The notes: a model not told the origin generated them from the letters alone. A stretch of 59,447 nt of DNA from Elusimicrobiota bacterium (GCA_029267355.1 JAJUJA010000005.1:1-59447), one strand, 5' to 3'; positions 46,266 through 56,050 are shown, numbered from the stretch's first letter. A program made the numbers and translations.

Positions 46266-47741
46266 TTAGAGTTTCTCTTTCTCTATTTTTCTTCTGAATA
46301 TCTTGACTATTTTGGCGGCTTTTTTGATTGACTTGTCTATTATTTTGAGGCCATTTTTTTCGTCGACATCTTCCTTTATGGACTCGCCTATAAGAGAAGT
46401 GTATCCCGACATAACCGCCAGCGTATTGTTTATATCATGGGAAAGATCGCTTGTTATTTTTTTAATTTTCTCTCTGGCTTTCATCAAAGCCAGCTCGCTT
46501 TCTATCTTTTTTATACGGCTTATATCCCGGCCGATGGCAAGCACATACTTTACCCGCCCGGTTTCGTCTTTTATCGGAGCCTTCACCACATTGACAGTTC
46601 TGCCCCTCCATTCATAGACTGCATTTATGGTCTGGCCTTCAAGAACCTTTTTTTCATCCTCTCTTATCTTGCCGGCAAGCTCTTTTCCAAACAGGTCATA
46701 ATCAGTGCGGCCTATCATCTCTTTCCTTGACTTTTTCATAAAATGTGAACAGGCCTTATTTGCCCCTACGTAAAAGCCTCCAGCATTTTTTATATATATC
46801 ATATCCGGAGCTATTTCATATATTTTGTGGAGTATTTCTTTCTGGGAGGCTATTTTACCGAAAAGCTCCCTTTCCCTGCCAGAATCTCTTATACTGCCTA
46901 TTATCTTGTAAGGTTTCCCGTTTTTGAAAATCACCGAAGATTTCTGGTCGGCGTAAAAAAAAGAGCCGTCTTTTTTCATTATCCTGTATTTAAGTATATC
47001 CCTGGTTTTACCGCTTTTAACGGCGCTGTTAAAGGCCTTCATAACATAGGGCAAATCCTCTTTATGCGTAAACTCAAACATATTATGGCCTATCACATCG
47101 CTTTCCTCATAACCGTAGCTTTTGTACCTCCTGTTCATATATTCTATTTTCCCGGACATATCTGCCATATAGATTATATCTCTGGCATTTTCAACTATCT
47201 GCCTCAAATTTTCATTCTGATCTTCAATTCTTTTGAGATTAAGCAGATTATAAACTATCATGGCATAAAAGCCGGCCATAACAGACATAAAATTCAATTC
47301 TTTTTTGCCGTAACCGCCTTTCCTGTCGGCTACGGCCAAAACGCCCACTGTATTGTTTTTTATGACCGCCGGGACAGCCAGAAAGCTTTTCATCCTTATG
47401 TGGCCTTCAGGCAGTTTTCTTTCTCCCATATCAGAGGGCAAATCGTTTGAGATAAAAGGCTTTTTGCTTTTTATGGCAATGCCGTAGACCGTATCAAAAT
47501 TCTTGAAAACTATCTGCCTGTTTTCAACTCTGCACTCACTGATGACATTTTTGGATAAGGTTGGAACTATAAGATAGCCGGTTTTATCATCCAAATAGCC
47601 GGCAAAACCGTACATACTCTGCGTTTCCTTCTTTATTATTCTCAGAACTTTCTCTGATATTTTGAAAAAATCAGGGTCTTTGTCCGTAAGGTAGGAAAAA
47701 ATAAGTTTTTTAAGAGATTTCTGATAATGGCATTCTCTCAT
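46266..47741 (-). CDS. GAF-PAS-PAS-HisKA(DHp) sensor lacking an HATPase domain
   Basis: GAF (LPEGHI), two PAS/PAC domains, H-box LSHDINN at H435; the protein ends 56 aa later with no N/G1/F/G2 boxes. Confidence 0.85.
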   Translation of the reverse strand: MRECHYQKSLKKLIFSYLTDKDPDFFKISEKVLRIIKKETQSMYGFAGYLDDKTGYLIVPTLSKNVISECRVENRQIVFKNFDTVYGIAIKSKKPFISNDLPSDMGERKLPEGHIRMKSFLAVPAVIKNNTVGVLAVADRKGGYGKKELNFMSVMAGFYAMIVYNLLNLKRIEDQNENLRQIVENARDIIYMADMSGKIEYMNRRYKSYGYEESDVIGHNMFEFTHKEDLPYVMKAFNSAVKSGKTRDILKYRIMKKDGSFFYADQKSSVIFKNGKPYKIIGSIRDSGRERELFGKIASQKEILHKIYEIAPDMIYIKNAGGFYVGANKACSHFMKKSRKEMIGRTDYDLFGKELAGKIREDEKKVLEGQTINAVYEWRGRTVNVVKAPIKDETGRVKYVLAIGRDISRIKKIESELALMKAREKIKKITSDLSHDINNTLAVMSGYTSLIGESIKEDVDEKNGLKIIDKSIKKAAKIVKIFRRKIEKEKL

Positions 47742-48427
47742 ATTTCCAGTATATATCCGTGGCCGCTTACTTTTTTCAGGCTTTCTTTCAAGCCCAGTTT
47801 TTTTCTAAGGCTTGAAATATGCTGTTCTATGGTATGAGGGCCTGAAGAAACTATTTTTTCATAGCCCCAGACAGCATCCATAATTTTTTCCGAAGGCACT
47901 ATTTTCCCTTTCTCCTTTACAAGTATAAGGATCAGATCAAACTCCTTTCTCGTAAGTTTGATCTCTTTTTTGCCGCAGAAAAGTTTTCTTGAGTCAAGGT
48001 CAAGGCTGAATTTCCCTGCCGATATCAAATTTTTTCCTTCATTCCTTTCAGGATAAGCTCTTTTGATCAAATTCTTTATCTTGGCGGCCAAAACCTGCAT
48101 TGAAAAAGGCTTAACAAGATAATCATCGCTGCCCTTGTGATAGCCCTCTATCATATCAAGTTCTGAAATCCTTTTACCTGACATCATAATTACCGGAGTT
48201 CTTGAAAATTTAGGATTTTCCCTGATTATCTTTATAAAATCAAAACCGCTTAGGCCGGGCATTTCTATGTCGGTGATTATAATGTCCGGAGAAATTTTGG
48301 AAATTGCCGACAGGGCCGCTTTTACATTTGGAAAACCGTATACGGAAAATCCGGCCGTTAAGAGGTACCTCTTAAGCATATCCAGGAAGTCTTTGTCATC
48401 GTCGGCTATAAGAACTTTGAAACTCAT
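47738..48427 (-). CDS. OmpR/PhoB-family response regulator
   Basis: ADDD, DIEMP, KPF, winged-helix LTRKEFDL..LRKKL..V.G.GY. Start moved to ATG 48427. Confidence 0.93.
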   Translation of the reverse strand: MSFKVLIADDDKDFLDMLKRYLLTAGFSVYGFPNVKAALSAISKISPDIIITDIEMPGLSGFDFIKIIRENPKFSRTPVIMMSGKRISELDMIEGYHKGSDDYLVKPFSMQVLAAKIKNLIKRAYPERNEGKNLISAGKFSLDLDSRKLFCGKKEIKLTRKEFDLILILVKEKGKIVPSEKIMDAVWGYEKIVSSGPHTIEQHISSLRKKLGLKESLKKVSGHGYILEI

Positions 48428-48532
48428 AAGCCCCCTTATATACCTCCCCCCCAAATACAAAGACAATATACAAATTTTATCCCGCTATGGCAATATTTGA
48501 TTCAGCGATATCTCTTATTGTATACTTGATGT

Positions 48533-49210
48533 ATGCTTGAGGGTGAAATAGTAATAGACAAAGATGAAAAGCTTGAAGCGATGACCGGCGCCATAAATAG
48601 GCTGGCTCATGACTACAATAATTTTCTCGCCGCCGTGGAAGGATATACGGAACTTATTTTAAGAGAAACTCCGTCAGCGTCACAGACGGCTTCGGACTTG
48701 GGCGAAATAAAGACGGTTTGCGACAAAATGGCTGCCTTGAACAAGAAATTGCTTTCCTTTGCAAGAAGAAAAAGTCCGCTAACTGAAGAAATAAACCTCT
48801 GCGAACTGATAGATCAAAATGCCTCTTACTTTTCAAAAAAGTGCCAGAATCATATTTTCAAGGTCAGTAAAAATGACGTATTTTTAAAGGGCAGTTCCGA
48901 TCAGATAACGGAACTGATATCTCATTTGCTTGAAAATGCCTGTTTATTTTCACCTGAAAAATCGGAAATAGAGCTTGGATGCTCCTATGAAGGAAAGAAT
49001 CCGTTTTTATTTGTAAGGGACCATGGTCCCGGTTTTCCAGACAACCCGGTTCGTTTTTTCTATCCCTATGAAACAACAAAAAGCGAAAGGTTGGGACTGG
49101 GTCTGAGCTGCGCTTACGGCATAGCCATGCGACATAAAGCCTTTTTCAGGATAATAAAAACCAGCGAGCATAATGAAATAAGGACGGTTTTTGAGGCGGA
49201 TAATGGCTAA
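48533..49210 (+). CDS. Sensor-less histidine kinase core (HisKA + HATPase)
   Basis: H-box LAHDYNN at H26, LLENA, DHGPG, FYPYETTK, GLGL. Own promoter TTGATT-18-TATACT ends 6 nt before the ATG. Confidence 0.85.
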   Translation: MLEGEIVIDKDEKLEAMTGAINRLAHDYNNFLAAVEGYTELILRETPSASQTASDLGEIKTVCDKMAALNKKLLSFARRKSPLTEEINLCELIDQNASYFSKKCQNHIFKVSKNDVFLKGSSDQITELISHLLENACLFSPEKSEIELGCSYEGKNPFLFVRDHGPGFPDNPVRFFYPYETTKSERLGLGLSCAYGIAMRHKAFFRIIKTSEHNEIRTVFEADNG

Positions 49211-49976
49211 AATACTTGTTATAGATGATGACGGAATAGTCAGAGACGCTCTCAAAGCTTTTCTTACAAGAAGCGGTCACAGCGTTTCCTGCGCAGCAGA
49301 CGGCTTAAACGGGCTCACCCTTTTTAAAAACTCCAAGTTTGATATAGCCATCTTGGACAGGGAAATGCCTAACTTGACCGGCTCGCAGGTTCTCGCCAAG
49401 ATAAAGGATATATCCAAAGCCACCCCCGTAATAATACTTACAGGCTACGATTCCAGCGAAGATGCCGCCGAATATATCAAAGCGGGGGCCGCTTCTTTTA
49501 TCTCAAAGGCTATGGGCCTTGAACCGCTTCTGGAAGAAATTGAAAATTTTGTATCCTCTCCTCAAAGCGGCGTCGGCAAAAACCTGGGAAAGGATTCAGA
49601 AAGACGCGAAAAGCCGAAAATCCTGATAGCTGACGACGAAGAGCCTGTGAGAAATATGCTTTCAAGATTCGCCGTTTCAGCAGGTTTTGAGCCTATTGCT
49701 GCCGCAAACGGCCTTGAAGCCGTTGAAATATTCAAAAAAGAAAAGCCGGATATTGTATTGCTTGATATTTATATGCCTGTTAAAAACGGCATAGAGGCGC
49801 TTGAGGAAATTATTTCATTTGATTCAAAAGCGGCCGTTATGATGATAACCGGAAACGATGAACAGGAACTGGCTAGAATATGCCTTAAAAAAGGCGCCTT
49901 TGATTATATTTCAAAACCGATAAATCTTAAAAATCTTGAAATTTCCGTTAAGACGAGAATGGCGATAAGTGATTAA
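49203..49976 (+). CDS. Tandem receiver (REC-REC) response regulator
   Basis: Two CheY-like domains (IDDD..DREMP..SK; ADDE..DIYMP..SKP), no output domain. Confidence 0.9.
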   Translation: MAKILVIDDDGIVRDALKAFLTRSGHSVSCAADGLNGLTLFKNSKFDIAILDREMPNLTGSQVLAKIKDISKATPVIILTGYDSSEDAAEYIKAGAASFISKAMGLEPLLEEIENFVSSPQSGVGKNLGKDSERREKPKILIADDEEPVRNMLSRFAVSAGFEPIAAANGLEAVEIFKKEKPDIVLLDIYMPVKNGIEALEEIISFDSKAAVMMITGNDEQELARICLKKGAFDYISKPINLKNLEISVKTRMAISD

Positions 49977-50009
49977 GACGGTCAAATCTTGTATAATCTT
50001 ATTTGTGCT

Positions 50010-50183
50010 ATGAAGAAGGAAATGACAACACAGCTGAGACATTTGACCGCCAAAATAAATGTGCTCGGCTATATAATAGCCAATACAAAGAATAAGAATC
50101 TGGTAAAAAAGAAACTTTCTGATATGAGCAAGATGCTTGAAGAGGCGAAAAAAATAGCGGCCGCTCTCGAGCGGTGTAACTGA
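50010..50183 (+). CDS. Small helical hypothetical protein
   Basis: Fills the gap between two receiver genes; TATAAT at 49992-49997. Start either 50010 or 50022. Confidence 0.5.
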   Translation: MKKEMTTQLRHLTAKINVLGYIIANTKNKNLVKKKLSDMSKMLEEAKKIAAALERCN

Positions 50184-50236
50184 ATTAACTTGTTTATATC
50201 AAAAGCGCTGGCTATAATTTACTGGGAGGCAAGGGT

Positions 50237-50605
50237 ATGAGCAGCAGGGTGTTGATAGTAGAAGATGATGCCGAGCTTTGCCAGCTTGTGGCTGAAGCCT
50301 TCAAGATTGAAGGTTTTGAAACTCTAACAGCCACTTCAATAGAAAAGGCGCTTGATGTGCTTTCCCGCCACAAAATAGATTTGATATTCGCCGATATAGT
50401 TATAAGTGACAAGAAGAGCACAGACTATATAAAACATGTTTTGGATAAAAACAAGGATTTGAATATAATTTTCACGTCTGCTCATTATGAGCTGGTAAAG
50501 AAGGAAAATCTTGCGCCTGAAGAGAGGGTAACAGCGGTCTCAAAACCTTACGATATAGAGGAAGTTATCAAAAAAGCCAAAAAAATCCTTGATTCAAGGC
50601 AATAG
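50237..50605 (+). CDS. Single-domain response regulator
   Basis: VEDD, phosphoacceptor D in ADIV, TSA, SKP; SD GGAGG; promoter TTGTTT-17-TATAAT (50190-50218). Confidence 0.9.
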   Translation: MSSRVLIVEDDAELCQLVAEAFKIEGFETLTATSIEKALDVLSRHKIDLIFADIVISDKKSTDYIKHVLDKNKDLNIIFTSAHYELVKKENLAPEERVTAVSKPYDIEEVIKKAKKILDSRQ

Positions 50606-50609
50606 CGGC

Positions 50610-53453
50610 TTACTTTCTATCAAGATAACCGCTTATCATTCTCTTTACATCTTCAAACTTGTAGGGCTTGGGCATGGCGGCGTCAAAGCCTTTTGACATA
50701 TAATCGCCCAGACCCTGTTCGCTGTATCCGCTTGAAACAATGGTGTAAATTTCAGGTTTTATCTGTTTAAGCTTTGCATTGACGGCATATCCGTCAATAT
50801 CTCCCTTCAATGTAAGGTCCACAAAGGCAATATCTACCTTATCATTGGAAACGATTGTTTCCGCTTCATACGACTTTTTTGCAATAAAACAGTCATGGCC
50901 CAAGGATTTTATTATCCGAGAAAGAGATTTCAATACAATTTCCTCATCATCAAGTATTAATATATTCAGTTTTCTAAAAGAGGCGCTTTGGGCAGTTTCT
51001 TTTGCTTCATTAAAGGTCTCGCTCAATGCTGGAATATAGATTATAAACTCGCTTCCTTTTCCTTTTTCAGATTTAACCTCTATATAGCCCGAATGTTTCA
51101 CTATGACCCCGTAGGCAATATAAAGCCCCAGACCGCTTCCGGTTTTTTTGGTCGTAAAATAAGGATCGAATATTCTCTTGATATTCTCGCTGTCTATGCC
51201 GCAGCCGTTATCCCTTATTGAAATTTTTACATAATTTCCCCTGGTCATATTGCTTTTATCTTGTGCAGAAACGATGTAATTTTGGACTTTTATATCTATC
51301 CTTGGATTTGAAACACCGGCCAGCGCCTGAGAGGCGTTTATAAGCATATTTGAAATGACCTGAGTTATCTGTCCTCTGTCTATTTCAAAGGCTGAAAGAT
51401 TTTCATCTATTTCAATTTTAGTTTTGACCGAGCCTATGCCTCTTGAAAGAAAATTAAAGGTGTCTCTGAGAAATTTGGTTGAATCTGTTTTTTGTCTTAA
51501 AGGTTTATAGCCCTTGGCAAGAAACATAAGCTGGGAAGCTAGAGATTTGGCTGAATCCGCTGCCTTTATGGAATCTTCCACTATATCCCTATTCTCGCCT
51601 GAAACCCTTTCAGCCAGCAGAGAAAGATTTGCAGTTACAGCGCTTAAGAGATTGTTGAAATCATGGCCTATGCCTCCTGCCAAAGTGCCAAGAGACTCAA
51701 GCCTCATAGCATTTGTCATGTCTTGCCTTATTTTTTCCTCTTTTTCCTTTAACTTCTGATTTTCCAGTATGGTATAAACCCTGTCCGCCATATGAGAAGC
51801 TATTTTTGAGATAAGGGATATGTCCTTATCGCTGTAACCTTCTTTTTTGCCGGCCAGCAAAATCACGCCGTAAACGATTGAACCATAAGATAATGGTATG
51901 GAGACAGCGCTGTCTATTTTTATATGTCCGGCAGGGGCATTACCCGGTCCATTTAATATGTTTATCTTTCCTTCCTTCAAAGATTTGGCCCACAAAGAAG
52001 AAGAATTTTTCACCATTGAATGGACTATAGAATCGCCGAGATTGCAGTCGCCGTAGACATTCTCTGTCATTACCCTGGCGACTAAATTCTGATTTTCATC
52101 CAGAAACCCCAAAAAACCGTATTTGCTGTAAGTCAAAGATAAAAGCATATCCAAAAGCTTCGGGAAAACGTCTTCACTTTTGTTTTTTATGAATATGGCA
52201 TCAACCTGCGAGGTTATCAATATGGCTTTGGTATAGGAGTTTATATCTTCATTATACTTGGTCTCAGCCGTTATGTCTCTTACCGCTGCCTGAACGGCTG
52301 TCAGCTTATTATTCTCGTCGTATATAGGCGAAAATGTCCTTTCTGTCCATATCACCGTGCCGTCTTTTTTTATCCAGCGAAGCCTCAATGAGGCTTTAAA
52401 TAAATCACCCGATTTTAAAAAATCATAAAGCTTCGGCCTGTCTTCCTCATGAACCAGTCTTTCTATGACTTCGCCGCCTGCTTCATAAAGCTCCTGTTTT
52501 GTATATCCGGTGAGATCATAAGCCATATCATTTACATACTCTATTTTTTTTGAAGGCAGGCTCATTACATAAACGCCGAAAGGCATACGCTCAAAAAAAT
52601 CTTTATATCTATTTTTTTCAAAGTCCAGACTCCTGATTAATCTGTGATTTTCCTCCACAATGGCAACTGCTTTGGATAAAATATGAAGTCTCTCTTTTTT
52701 TATCCTTTCATCTTTAAAGAAAAAGCATAAAACCCCAAATTTTACGCCATCCTTCTTTACAAGAATCCCGTAATATTTCCCGGCGCCTTCTATCAGTGTC
52801 TCATTTTGATTAAGATCCTGTTCCAACTCATCAAGATTGCTGTCATAGAGCTTTTTGCAAGGAGTGCCTTCAGCCTCAAAATCTTTCGGGAAAGAAGCCG
52901 GAACGCCGATTGAAAAAATTGTTTTTATCTTGCCGTTCTCTATCGCATTGTAGAAACAGGCCAGAGCGCCGGAAATTTCATAAGCGGTATTGAGAAGATT
53001 TTTCAAATTTTTTTCATAATCCCTGCTTAGAGAGAGGAAAGCTTCATTTATTCTCCTTATATCATGCTGGTATTCGCTTCTGAATGTTATATCATCGCCT
53101 ATACTTAAAACATACTCGATCTCTCCTTTTTCATTTTTAAGCGAATGATTATGCCAGAGTATTAATTTTTTATCGCCATTCCTGCATAGTATGTGGTTTA
53201 TATCGGTTTTCTCTTCTTTTCCGGATATTATTTCATTAAAAAGAATATCAACTTTTTCCTCTGCCAAAGTGAATAATTCCAGGAATTTTTTACCTTTTAC
53301 GAATTCATCATAGCCGGTTAAATCAAGGAAAGCGCGGTTTACATAAGAAATTTCGCCATTCGTATTTAATATGACGCAGATAAAACTGCCGTTATCGAAA
53401 AAATCCTTCTGGTTCAGATTGATTAAATCAATATGTCTTTTTTCCAGTTCCAT
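50610..53453 (-). CDS. Cytoplasmic hybrid sensor kinase (PAS, GAF-like, PAS, GAF, HisKA, HATPase, REC)
   Basis: GHDFNNLL, DNGCG, FDPYFTTK, GSGLGL; C-terminal receiver LDDE..DLT..SSGY..KPY. Confidence 0.92.
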   Translation of the reverse strand: MELEKRHIDLINLNQKDFFDNGSFICVILNTNGEISYVNRAFLDLTGYDEFVKGKKFLELFTLAEEKVDILFNEIISGKEEKTDINHILCRNGDKKLILWHNHSLKNEKGEIEYVLSIGDDITFRSEYQHDIRRINEAFLSLSRDYEKNLKNLLNTAYEISGALACFYNAIENGKIKTIFSIGVPASFPKDFEAEGTPCKKLYDSNLDELEQDLNQNETLIEGAGKYYGILVKKDGVKFGVLCFFFKDERIKKERLHILSKAVAIVEENHRLIRSLDFEKNRYKDFFERMPFGVYVMSLPSKKIEYVNDMAYDLTGYTKQELYEAGGEVIERLVHEEDRPKLYDFLKSGDLFKASLRLRWIKKDGTVIWTERTFSPIYDENNKLTAVQAAVRDITAETKYNEDINSYTKAILITSQVDAIFIKNKSEDVFPKLLDMLLSLTYSKYGFLGFLDENQNLVARVMTENVYGDCNLGDSIVHSMVKNSSSLWAKSLKEGKINILNGPGNAPAGHIKIDSAVSIPLSYGSIVYGVILLAGKKEGYSDKDISLISKIASHMADRVYTILENQKLKEKEEKIRQDMTNAMRLESLGTLAGGIGHDFNNLLSAVTANLSLLAERVSGENRDIVEDSIKAADSAKSLASQLMFLAKGYKPLRQKTDSTKFLRDTFNFLSRGIGSVKTKIEIDENLSAFEIDRGQITQVISNMLINASQALAGVSNPRIDIKVQNYIVSAQDKSNMTRGNYVKISIRDNGCGIDSENIKRIFDPYFTTKKTGSGLGLYIAYGVIVKHSGYIEVKSEKGKGSEFIIYIPALSETFNEAKETAQSASFRKLNILILDDEEIVLKSLSRIIKSLGHDCFIAKKSYEAETIVSNDKVDIAFVDLTLKGDIDGYAVNAKLKQIKPEIYTIVSSGYSEQGLGDYMSKGFDAAMPKPYKFEDVKRMISGYLDRK

Positions 53454-53463
53454 AGTTCCTTGG

Positions 53464-54327
53464 TTATTTTATTAATTCAGCAGCCGGCATTTCAAACAGA
53501 AAGCCTTTTTCATTGCTCATAACAATATTTTTACCGTTAAAAGCAATGCCTTCCGCCTGTCCCAAATTTATTTTCTTTTTATAAAACTTGCCTTTAAAAA
53601 AATTTCCGTCCTTTTTTTCAAAAATCCAGAGATAATCGTATGTCAGAACGGCGAGATATTTGCCGTCTTCGCTTACAGAAGCGTCGGTGACCATACCGTC
53701 AAAATCAAATGTATCATAAATTTCGGCTGTATTATCTTCATTGGATTTAAGATTTTCAAAAACATATATCTTTGCAGGCCCCTTGCCGCGATTTTTGGAT
53801 ATTGAAAAAAGTTTTCCGCCGTCAGCATAGCAGGCCTCGCTGTCAAAATTCATCTCATCCTGAGCCGGCGGCCATTGTTTTTGATCCGAATAATGAAATG
53901 AATATTTGGCTATAATGCCCGTTTCATCATTAAGGTAAGGGTTGGGCTCTCTCAACTTGTAAAAAGCCAAATCGCTTCTGTAATTGTAATTATTGCCGGC
54001 GTCAAAAATATACATATAGCCGCTGCCGTCAAGAGTCAGACACTCCCAGTCCCTGTTATAAGCTTCGTTTATCTTGAGGCCTTTATACTCCTTAAGCCAG
54101 AACGGTTTTATAACTTCCCCCTTTTCGTTTAAACCGAAAATCCTTGCGCTGTCGCCCGAATCATTCAAAGTCCAAAAAACGCCTTTATACTGGCGGCTTA
54201 ATTCAAGAGTGGAACCTTCATCCACCAGAGGAGAATTTATTTTGGCAAACGGTTTAAGCGAGTAATCCTTGTCTGCGGCTGATAGCAAAGAAAAAAACAA
54301 AAACTGCAGCATTAAAGCATATCTCAT
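53464..54327 (-). CDS. Secreted hypothetical protein, probable beta-propeller
   Basis: Signal peptide; WTLNDSG, NRDWE, D.GNN, FDSEA, QAEGI..SNE motifs. Start 54327 gives an ATGA overlap. Confidence 0.65.
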   Translation of the reverse strand: MRYALMLQFLFFSLLSAADKDYSLKPFAKINSPLVDEGSTLELSRQYKGVFWTLNDSGDSARIFGLNEKGEVIKPFWLKEYKGLKINEAYNRDWECLTLDGSGYMYIFDAGNNYNYRSDLAFYKLREPNPYLNDETGIIAKYSFHYSDQKQWPPAQDEMNFDSEACYADGGKLFSISKNRGKGPAKIYVFENLKSNEDNTAEIYDTFDFDGMVTDASVSEDGKYLAVLTYDYLWIFEKKDGNFFKGKFYKKKINLGQAEGIAFNGKNIVMSNEKGFLFEMPAAELIK

Positions 54328-55412
54328 TTTTTCTCCCTTAAAGCAAGGCGCCTGGCGGCGGCCATGCCCGATATTTTCCCTGACCATTGAAGAAAAGAAA
54401 TTTTTTTCATTATCTCTCCGCAGCGAGCCGGCTCAAAACCGGCAGAATAGAGATATGAAAAATCAATAAAGAGAGGCTTAAGGTTTCTTTTGTAAAGCGC
54501 CCTGTATATCTTTTTCTGTAAAGGTGAAGGGCTGACAGGATTCCTCCTTAAGTCAAATGGCTTTAGTTCATATAAAGCGCGCTTTTTATCTTCACCCGGC
54601 AGATTGAGAGAAGATATAAAATCAAGAGGAGAAGGAAAGCAAGCGGCAAAAAAAACAAGCCGTTCAAAACCGGGCTTGAAAGAATCTATTTTCTTTTCAA
54701 TCCTTGCAAAAGGCCATGCCTCATCCAAAGCGCCCCAGTCTTTTAAAAGTTTCAAGGCGGAAAAAGACTTTTTTTCGCCCAGTATTTTCAGCAGCTCATT
54801 TCTTTTTCTTTCCTGAGACAAAAGGGAGATATTCCTGTTTTTAACGGCTTTCTTCAGGGCCTTAAATGTGGTCTGCTCAAGTTTAAGGGAAAATCTCGCG
54901 CAAAACCTTGCGGCCCTGAAAATTCTGGTCGGATCATCCGTAAAGCTTCTTAAGTAAAGTATTCTAAGCCGCCTTTTTATCAAATCGCCGCAGCCGCCAT
55001 AAGGGTCCTCAAGCTTATATTTGTCTTCTTCATTTAAAGACAAAGCCATGGCATTTATCGTAAAGTCTCTTCTTTTAAGGTCCTGCTTCAATGTGCCGGC
55101 TTTTGAAACTGACGGCAGCACTGCCGGTTTTGGATAAGTCTCTTTTCTGAATGACGCAAAATCCAGTCTCTTGCCTTTAAGCAGAACTCTCGCCGTCAAA
55201 AATTTATCAAAACTCTCAAGCTTGCCTCCAAGATGCTGCGCCGCCTTTGAGGCGGAAAAAAGATGATTACGGTCAAACAAAAAATCCAAGTCCCCGCATT
55301 TTATCCCCAAAATCCAGTCCCTTACGCAGCCGCCCACCAGATATTTTTTACCCTTGTGAAAAGATGCGATTTTATTTATCAAAGCCAGATCATTAAGCGG
55401 CCTAAGCGTCAT
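54324..55412 (-). CDS. Class II tRNA nucleotidyltransferase (CCA- or A-adding)
   Basis: VGGCVRD..DLD, DLKRRDFTINAM, DPYGG..DL, DDPTRIFRAARF. Confidence 0.88.
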   Translation of the reverse strand: MTLRPLNDLALINKIASFHKGKKYLVGGCVRDWILGIKCGDLDFLFDRNHLFSASKAAQHLGGKLESFDKFLTARVLLKGKRLDFASFRKETYPKPAVLPSVSKAGTLKQDLKRRDFTINAMALSLNEEDKYKLEDPYGGCGDLIKRRLRILYLRSFTDDPTRIFRAARFCARFSLKLEQTTFKALKKAVKNRNISLLSQERKRNELLKILGEKKSFSALKLLKDWGALDEAWPFARIEKKIDSFKPGFERLVFFAACFPSPLDFISSLNLPGEDKKRALYELKPFDLRRNPVSPSPLQKKIYRALYKRNLKPLFIDFSYLYSAGFEPARCGEIMKKISFLQWSGKISGMAAARRLALREKK

Positions 55413-56050
55413 TTTTTCAAAACCGATTTTATTTCTTCATTTGAACAGGTTCTCAGAAAATCCCTGAGTTTGCCGAGTCTCTTTAATCTGTCATTTATGG
55501 AATAAATTTTTTCGCAGGCCGCAGCCGCCGATTCAATAGAAAAATTTTCCTCATAAGGCATGGAAAAAAGAAAATCCTTTTCTCTGGCGGCGCTTTTCCT
55601 TATAGCGGCAAGCTTGTACCCCGCCTCTTTGGCCAGAAATTCCATAACCTCGGTTTCCTCTTCTATATCCCTGTCATTAAGCAAAAGACCGGCCAGCTCA
55701 TCGGCCCCGAAAAGATAATACGGCTTGAATGATATGGAGCTTTCCTTTTGAATGGAGCCCTTTATGAGCTCATAGTCGGCTTTCATCTTTTCAATCAGCT
55801 CTGCGGAATTTTCCTGATTTGAAGGCAATACAAAAGCCATAATTTCGTCTTGAGGGTCCATATACACAAAAGTGTCCTCATATGAGAAGACCTTTGAGCA
55901 TTCCGGGCATAAAAGGAGATCAAATTCGCCGTTTATAATCATCTCCTTGAGCTCAAAATCCAGATCGCCTCTGACGACTGTCCAGAATATAGCGTCAAAG
56001 GCGCGCCGGCAATGCGGACATGTGACTCTTTTTTTGCCCTGATTAGACAT
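55409..56050 (-). CDS. CpXC-domain zinc-ribbon protein
   Basis: CPHC and CPEC pairs followed by Y.DP. Confidence 0.8.
   Translation of the reverse strand: MSNQGKKRVTCPHCRRAFDAIFWTVVRGDLDFELKEMIINGEFDLLLCPECSKVFSYEDTFVYMDPQDEIMAFVLPSNQENSAELIEKMKADYELIKGSIQKESSISFKPYYLFGADELAGLLLNDRDIEEETEVMEFLAKEAGYKLAAIRKSAAREKDFLFSMPYEENFSIESAAAACEKIYSINDRLKRLGKLRDFLRTCSNEEIKSVLKK

Noticed and set aside
46827-47450. 207-aa plus-strand ORF
   Set aside because: Antisense to the GAF-PAS sensor; Phe-rich composition typical of a shadow frame.
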